Part shown: in pieces, positions 38,657 to 46,002 of the stretch
Layout: every line of letters starts with the position of its first letter
How positions within the stretch are numbered: position 1 is the stretch's first letter
Assembly: GCA_032718475.1 (NCBI GenBank)
Contig: JAUCBJ010006290.1
Coordinates: forward strand, 1 to 46,002
DNA: 46,002 nt
Direction: 5' to 3'
From: Nemertoderma westbladi
Taxonomy: Eukaryota; Animalia; Xenacoelomorpha
Notes under the pieces: model-generated
Told to the model about the DNA's origin: nothing
Databases searched by the model: none
The model's input: only the letters and a program-made list of their open reading frames with translations
Position numbers and translations under genes: made by a program

Positions 38657-39918
38657 AAAAAATTGAAACAAAGTAACCTTTCAATATTATTTATAAGGTT
38701 ACTTACACATAGATAAATGTATTTTAATATGGTGAAAAAGTATTTCAACTGGGTGAAAAACATTTTAAAAAATGGTAATAACTGATCGCAATCAACAACC
38801 GTGTAAAAGCTAGTTAGTCGCCAACCTGAGAAATATGACCATAATTACCGATTTGCAGCAATATTCTTGACTCGTGGTTTCTTTATTGAGATATGCGTGA
38901 GTAAACAACCAAACATGCATGACCCACCGCCCCATTGCCATTGGTCTTGATAGTTATTTTGTTTCTTATTTGGGTTAGTTGGAATTGGTCGCAGGCCGAA
39001 AACCTTTAAAACTATTGGGTAATCCTAACCTTGGAAATGCTTGGATTGCACCCAAGTTAAAGAAATTGAAGTAGTATATTGTGCTGTTGCGTATACAGTA
39101 CATCCGCGATGTTGATTTATAGGCCCACATGTCAGCTGTACAGTATTCATAATAAGTTATACACATTAACTTTAGGCAGATAGGGGTGTAATTGTTGAAA
39201 TGGAATTGATGTCATAAAGTTGACATTCACTTGACTGTAGCGGCGTAACTCTAATCCATAATATTGCAGCCCGAGCCCATATTATGGGTAGGGCACTGTA
39301 TATTTGGTTTATTATTTTGGTTAGGGTTAGTTGGTCAGGCATGGGGCGAATGGGTGTGATATCTGGTTTCAGTTTAATATGGATTGGCCCGCCAATAATG
39401 GGGCGAATTATGTCATCTAGAGGCTGAGGATACTGAGTTTGTAATGCTGTCCACTGTGATTGTAACCAACTGGCTGGCATATGGGTGGACAGGCTGTTGG
39501 GGTAGGGGAGATACAGTTTTAATTGTGGATTAGGCCGCCACTACTGTAAATGCTTCAGCATTTTGTATTGAATTTGAGGTACTACAGCCATGTCAGCAGT
39601 AACAGAGTAACCCACATAGTCTACTACAGTCTGCTAATGTGTACAGGTGAAGAAGGCCTCTACTCTACAGTATCATTTTATTGTCCACTTTCTGACTTTG
39701 CACCTGTCAGCCTGTGCACTGCTGAACTGTAATATTATTATTGTATTACAGTGTACAGTATTACCTGTACCTGTGTACTGCTGTACTGTAATTGTATTGT
39801 GGTATTATTTCAGTATTATCTGACAGTCTGATTATCTGATTATTACCGGTATCAATTGATTTTGGACTAGTAGCTGAGTAGAGTAGCTGACTAGATGCCT
39901 AACAATTCAAAAAATCTG

Positions 39919-39943
39919 TGACGTGCAGAACTGTGAATATAAA
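39919..39943 (+). promoter_or_regulatory. Candidate core promoter of the Smad-like gene (CRE half-site plus TATA box)
   Basis: TGACGT at 39919 and TATAAA at 39938, ~110 bp upstream of the ATG. Confidence 0.35.
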
Positions 39944-40046
39944 TTTATCGAATTTTGAATTTGGGAGCACTTCTGCACTCTCAGACTGGAGCCTGGCTGC
40001 CTGGAGTATCCCTTAGTAAGACACTGAGTGAGCCACTGAGCCAAAC

Positions 40047-40886
40047 ATGTCTAATTCTCGGCATTCCTCTCCATTGCCGATGGACATCAACCCGGATGTA
40101 TCAGTGACTCCGAAGATGAACGGATCGGGAAACCCCCCGCGTTACGAGGATGCCGACGACGAATCCACGGCCAATTCCCCCAACCCCTGCAACCCCGGTC
40201 GCTCGGTCGTCACTCCCTACGATCCCTCCCCCGTGGCCGGCAGCCAATCCGTCTCCTACGTTGAACCCGCCTTCTGGTGCCAAATCGAGTACCACGAGAT
40301 GGACAAACGGGTGGGGGAGCCCTTCAAGGCGTCGCAGTGCTACCTGACCATCGACGGCTACACAGACCCCTGCAGCTCGGATCGCTTCTGTCTGGGGTCG
40401 CTAAGCAACGTACACAGATCTAAATCCATCGAGGCAACGCGAAGTCGCATCGGTAAAGGTGCGCGTCTTTACTACCTGAGCGGCAAAGTTTACGCGGAAT
40501 GTCTAAGTGATTCCAGCGTTTTTGTGCAAAGCGCAAATTGCAGCAAAAGTCGAGGTTGGCATCCCGCAACGGTCTGTAAGATCCCGTCCAAATGCAACCT
40601 GGATATCTTCGATAACCAATTGTTTGCTAGCGAACTGACCAAGGCAGTGAACCTCGGTGTAGGCGAGGTACAGCGTCTTGCTCACATGTGCACAATTCGG
40701 ATGTCCTTCGTGAGGGGTTGGGGCCAGGATTACCCCATTAAGGCGATCACAGCGGCACCGTGTTGGATCGAGATCCATCTGTACGGGCCGCTGCAGTGGC
40801 TGGATAATGTGCTCGTACTCATGCCGCAAGAGGGCCCGGGCAGCAGCGGGGGTGGGGGTCTGACCCCGTCCGCCGGCGGGGTCTAA
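40047..40886 (+). CDS. Atypical Smad2/3-like protein, 279 aa: linker plus MH2 only, intronless, lacking MH1 and the C-terminal SSxS
   Basis: VSYVEPAFWC..RVGEPF.AS..DGYTDP..RFCLGSLSNVHR..IGKG.RLYY..AECLSDS.VFVQS..GWHPATVCKIP..CTIRMSFVRGWG..PCWIEIHL.GPLQWLD.VL aligns by eye to Smad2/3 MH2. PPRY motif in the linker. Kozak-like CCAAACATG with an in-frame TGA upstream at 40029. GC-rich uninterrupted frame. Confidence 0.93.
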   Translation: MSNSRHSSPLPMDINPDVSVTPKMNGSGNPPRYEDADDESTANSPNPCNPGRSVVTPYDPSPVAGSQSVSYVEPAFWCQIEYHEMDKRVGEPFKASQCYLTIDGYTDPCSSDRFCLGSLSNVHRSKSIEATRSRIGKGARLYYLSGKVYAECLSDSSVFVQSANCSKSRGWHPATVCKIPSKCNLDIFDNQLFASELTKAVNLGVGEVQRLAHMCTIRMSFVRGWGQDYPIKAITAAPCWIEIHLYGPLQWLDNVLVLMPQEGPGSSGGGGLTPSAGGV

Positions 40887-41296
40887 CTGCCCCAGACAAA
40901 CAGTCACGGGTTCCCGTATTGCTACTGTAGATTTGTAATTATCTGTTGTCACCATGGCAACTCTTGAGTGTGCTATATAGTGCAGAACGGTTAGCACTGC
41001 CAAATGAAGTTGTTTAGCCCAAATCCACAGCTAAGTAGATTGAGAATTAACTACGTAATAAGGAAAGCGTCACAAACAAATGAAAAATTGGATTTAAAAA
41101 TTTAAATTTGCTCGAAAGTTTGTAGACCTATTTTAATTCCAAGGGTTAATTCTTTGGGTTCATATTAACTGCATTTAAATTAACTTACGATTTCAATTTT
41201 TCGTTTTATCTTGAATGTTTTTTTTTAATTAATTATTGAATTATATACGGAGAACTTCGCCTTTTTGATAATTGTGGGGAAACCAATTAGAATATT

Positions 41297-41646
41297 ACGG
41301 TGGCCCATATCGGCCACAACAATACTAACTCTTCTAAAATTGAATTCTATGGGGAAAAATGTGTTGTGAAAACGTTGTGAAGATGACGGCGACTTTACAA
41401 CATTTTAATTTTAACGTGATAATGACGTGGAATTGTCACATTTTCACGTCAGATTTTAACAACATCCTTTAAATAACATAAAATACCAACATAAAATGTG
41501 ACGTGAAAAATTTCACGTCATTTTCACGTCCAAATTAAAATGTTGTAAAACCGCGGGCAGCTTCACGTCAAATTCACAACTTTTTCACGCCCATAGAAGT
41601 CCATTTTAGAAGAGTTAGTTTTATTGTGGCCGTTATGGGCCACCGT
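41297..41646. mobile_element. 350-bp foldback MITE with ~160-bp imperfect TIRs
   Basis: ACGGTGGCCCATATCGGCCACAACAATACTAACTCTTCTAAAAT.. versus ..ATTTTAGAAGAGTTAGTTTTATTGTGGCCGTTATGGGCCACCGT. The arms stay complementary to near the centre (~41460/41490). Confidence 0.9.
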
Positions 41647-43032
41647 GGGTAGGTTCCTACCCGCGTGTGCGAGTGATATGGGTGACACTGATAGTAAAGT
41701 GATATATTTGTAATTGAATTGTCGTCATGGCGACGGGAACACGTTTATTGTTTCGATTATTCATTTGTCTTTATAGTTTCCGCTGTACATTTTGACCATA
41801 ATTTAATAGCATGACGTGTTTAAGTATTTATTTTATGTAGTTGTAGTGACATTTGCTTACCACCACAACATTGCCTGTGAATTTCCTGTATTTTAGCATC
41901 TTTACGAGGTTATCTAATTGCCAAACACTCTAGAACACTTTAATACAAACTTACAAACTATGTTATAGAGTGTTCCACAATTAGATTGCGTTCGAGCAGA
42001 CTTATTTTGATTCTTTGCAACTTTTATACTTTTCCATAACAACATGGCACTATAAGGGTGAACAGAACAATAACTGCAGTGCTACTCGTACAATATCGAC
42101 CGGCGGAGACATATTTTTTAAACGATTTTAGCTAAAATGTAACTTATATTCATTTTCATGTTTTGTCGAATCGTGTTGTAAAGTGCTACGGAACTAAATT
42201 AGCAGAAAGAAAGTCGTTGTTCCAATCTAAAAGGATTTATGTCTGTTTGGTCTGTGTCTGTTACTCAGTGTATATATGTGTAAGAATGAGAGCGAAAGGA
42301 TTACTTTCTTTCAAACAATAAGAGTTACAATTTCCATCCCCAAGGGTTCATGGTCCCCATGGCGTTATCCTTGTCTATCGTTTATCATCATCATATGTCT
42401 AATAATATATTATTTATTGGAGATAAAGGGTTTTCTACGAAAGTTTGAATCTGTTATTATATTAGATACGTTCAAACCCGAATACTATGAAATCAGTGTA
42501 GTTTGTTCTGCACTGAAACTGTTGTAAATGTATAATAATTATACATAAAAACTGTTAATCCGTCCTCGGGGTTGATTTTTACTCCACATTTTATTTCAAT
42601 TAATCTCCGTATATCGTCTGATTATATCTTTATACTTCCTGTAATATATTGTTTTCTGTAATCTGTAGCGCATTGTTTGTTTTTAGTTTATTAATATTAT
42701 AATATTGAATTTTGTTGCTGGTTAACAGTTTTTAAACGATACATTTTAGATGTTTTATGCGTCTTTACTATACAGACTCTATACAATAGTAAACCGATTG
42801 TATGTAATTTCTTTGAGTTCTAACATATGATTATTATTGTTGGCGCCGTTGGTGATTTATGGGTTAGTTTGGGTCTCACGTATTTCTCATAACCGTAAAG
42901 GATAAACTTTTTGATTGCTTTGCTCCCGTAAAAATCAGTAAATGTAATGTAAACTCAGGTGTCATTGTAGGAAAACTCTGGGAATTTTATCTCAGGAAAC
43001 TAAATTTTATTTGAAATTATTCAAAACATTGA

Positions 43033-43558
43033 GTGGGGTATCCGGGTCTGGGGGTGTCCAGGTGTGGGGGTGTCCGGGTCTGGGGGTGTCCAGGTGTGGG
43101 GGTGTCCGGGTGTGGGGGTGTCCGGGTCTGGGGGTGTCCAGGTGTGGGGGTGTCCGGGTGTGGGGGTGTCCGGGTCTGGGGGTGTCCAGGTGTGGGGGTG
43201 TCCGGGTGTGGGGGTGTCCGGGTGTGGGGGTGTCCGGGTCTGGGGGTGTCCGGGTCTGGGGGTGTCCGGGTCTGGGGGTGTCCGGGTGTGGGGGTGTCCG
43301 GGTGTGGGGGTGTCCGGGTCTGGGGGTGTCCGGGTCTGGGGGTGTCCGGGTGTGGGGGTGTCCGGGTGTGGGGGTGTCCGGGTCTGGGGGTGTCCGGGTG
43401 TGGGGGTGTCCGGGTCTGGGGGTGTCCGGGTCTGGGGGTGTCCGGGTCTGGGGGTGTCCGGGTGAGGGGGTGTCCGCGTGTGGGGGGGTCCGGGTGTGGG
43501 GGTGTCCGGGTCTGGGGGTGTCCGGGTGTGTGGGTGTCCGTGTCCGGGTGTCGGGGTG
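43033..43558 (+). repeat. 16-bp G-rich minisatellite (GGGT[C/G]TGGGGGTGTCC), ~32 copies
   Basis: Period 16 (TCC at 43041, 43057...); extreme G/C strand skew. Confidence 0.97.
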
Positions 43559-45089
43559 CTCCAGTTATAAATAAATGTCGGGTTATATTATTTCTACATC
43601 TAATTTCCGTGTCCATTTATTATATTGTTTCACATATTTCCTATTTTTACAATTCTATTGAACTCAACGAAATCCTACGGTTAATTCCTGTGGATTTTTT
43701 ACATTTTTTCTCTAAATACAATGAGACCCTTAATCACCACTCACCCATCAGCACTTATACAATTTAACCCATTTCAAATCGATTGTAATATTAAGTTGCA
43801 ATATTTTATTGTTCAGATTGAATTTTCAGCAATGCTGCAACTAATTTATTATTCATACTAATTGCATTAATTAGATATTTATAACCATAAGCGCATTGTG
43901 TGTTGGTTAACGTTGTTAAATAATTTGTTCTCGGTTATGTAATATTTATTGCAGGCTTTTATCACATTATTGAGAGTATGGTTGTGCTATTATTGCTAAT
44001 TGTGATGTCACTTATTATTATTGATACAAGAATATCTGTATTACCCATTTTCTTCAGGGTAGAATTATCTTCCCACAAATATATTTTACTAAATGTTTTT
44101 TAATGACGTAAAACAAGTAATTGTAATAATTATTCTTTCCTATAAGGACCGACATATTGTATATTTTTATGCTAATTGTTAGTGTTATTGCTTCATTAAC
44201 TGCACTATAATCTACTGAATTTCTAACAACCAACCTGGTCGCACCAATTAGCTACAATAATACTTTATCCACGAAGATTTTCTACTTTATTATTATTATA
44301 CTAAACTTTATGTTTAGAACTACTGATTACTGACCCTCCTGCTCCCCCCAGCGCCATAGTATTAGCATATTTACACCAATAATAATGTATTTACATTTCC
44401 TTTTGCTTATAAGTTATAATACAGCGACAGGGTGAATGAATATCAGTGGGTGATATTATTATCTTCATTATTTTTCAATGCATATTAAATAAGAAATAAT
44501 TGTATGGAATTATTTCATAAGATTACTACTACCTTTTCCCTTTCACAGTTTCTTGTTATTTATTATTGGTTCTATAATACTTTACTTAGAATGACTTATT
44601 GAATGCGACTTAGTATTCTGGATGCCCCTTGTTTATATTCTCTTAGTTCGAGTAACCGTTACACGGTATAGGTATAGCAATAGAGCATGGTTTGGTTTGG
44701 AATATGATTATACTGTAGGGTGTTGTACCTGTGGTATATAAATAAATACAAGAATACATTTAATAAATATTTACTATGTAAAATTATAAAAAATATTATA
44801 ATTTTATTATTATTATTAAATTATATGATTTTCACTCTATGATGTATCTATTCCAATGAATCATCCAAAATAACTATTAACATCATCGTGTGAAAAGTAA
44901 CATCAGCGTTATGAACCGAGGTGAACGCAGCGCGGGGGGTTTACATTATTAAAAAGTGTTATAAATACTGAATAGTGCCATTTCACACTATCATACATTA
45001 TGGATTCTCTCTCCTCTAAGGCAGGCAGGTTGGGGTCTAAATTCCCTATAAACTTATAAAATAAAGGGGGGTTACCATTTTCTTATATT

Positions 45090-45560
45090 TAACGGACAGA
45101 TTGTCGGATAGTCAGTAATACCGACAGACAGACAAACAGATTAACTATATTTAATTAAATGTGAAATCTGACATCAGAAATGAAGTCAGCGACCAGGAAA
45201 ACCCCCATAGCAATAATCTTAGCATTCTTGTGTAGTTTCGTGTTGCTATATATATATATTGATAAACCCCACATGTTATTAAAATTATTTATTAACATTA
45301 TTATTAAAATTGAATTTAAATTGAACACATATTAAAAGACAATTTCTGCGCGGGAAGGTTCAAATTTTAAAGGAAATTATCACGGAATGCTATTTTTTCA
45401 TTTTTAAAACACATCTCCTCCGCATTTTTTAACCGATTTGCAAGTTTTTCGTATCAAATGAAAGCTAGTAGTGTGCGCAATAATAAAATTCGAGCAGGTT
45501 TTTTGGTTTTGCAATTGTTCATCTGTTATAACATTTTTTACGAAAAAAAACAGTGCTTAT
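45090..45560. mobile_element. Dispersed non-coding repeat, HINE/DINE-1-like, copy B
   Basis: CCGACAGACAGACAAACAGA followed by AAATGAAGTCAGCGACCAGGAAAACCCCCATA..GCGCGGGAAGGTT..CTCCGCATTTTTTAACCG, homologous to 30199-30400. Boundaries are approximate. Confidence 0.55.
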
Positions 45561-46002
45561 TTTGAAAATTTGAAAATCATTTTGAAAAATGGCGGTATTT
45601 TGTTTGAAAAGTACGAAACAAAATTCTGCTCGAATTTTTTACGTAATCGACCATGTTGTTTCCAAAAAAAAAGGTTACAACTTCTGAATATAAAGCATAA
45701 TAAAAGGAGATGTATTTTAAGTCTAAAATGTAAATTTTGGATCTGGTCGCTAAATCTGGGCGTCAAACATGAATTTCCACCCATGAATAGAATAGTCCAC
45801 CTAAAATGTATCTTACACTTTTTTCTACTTAATCGCTCTTTGGAGCAGTAATAAGCAATTCAAAATGTTGACTTCCAAGCCGGTAGGTCTACCCCCCTCC
45901 CCTTAAAATGATCGGTGGACGTTTGAAACACGAACCACCAAAGGCAACCCGAACGCTCCCCTGACTCGGCCTTCATTAAGGCAGGGAAGTCGCCACACTA
46001 AC

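Noticed and set aside
35200-39900. Short ORFs as upstream MH1 exons of the Smad gene
   Set aside because: None of the listed translations shows MH1 motifs (e.g. DGRLQV, KGLPHV, CVNPYHY); very small exons cannot be excluded by eye.
40047-40886. Calling it canonical SMAD2/3, SMAD4 or SMAD6/7
   Set aside because: No MH1 or SSxS for an R-Smad, and the MH2 signatures do not match Smad4 or I-Smads, so no symbol is assigned.
40101-41003. Overlapping ORFs 40101-40295, 40150-40347 and 40503-41003
   Set aside because: Shadow frames of the GC-rich Smad CDS.
43011-43767. Gly/Val/Cys- and Pro-rich ORFs
   Set aside because: Produced by the nearly A-free 16-bp repeat, which cannot form stop codons.

Overview
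AT-rich animal genomic DNA, probably an invertebrate (Smad gene, tRNA-SINE, RTE LINE). Bases 1-24777 are a homogeneous 31-bp tandem satellite of roughly 770-790 monomers, truncated by the window start, with a near-perfect ~4.3-kb internal tandem duplication. It stops 28 bp before a clean 3' splice acceptor leading into the terminal RS-domain exon (24806-25541) of an SR-type protein gene, so it is probably intronic. The standard monomer carries a 5' splice-site-like G/GTACGT. The region 25.9-39 kb is a patchwork of mobile elements and minisatellites: a P-like non-autonomous element, an internally deleted Academ-like transposase relic, a 5'-truncated RTE LINE, a tRNA-SINE, MITEs and HINE-like repeats. 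At 40047-40886 is an intact intronless Smad2/3-derived ORF with linker, PPxY and MH2 but no MH1, no C-terminal SSxS and a rewired L3 loop, making it a candidate novel decoy or antagonist Smad. A foldback MITE and a 16-bp G-rich minisatellite follow. All family assignments come from motif recognition by eye; no database searches were run.
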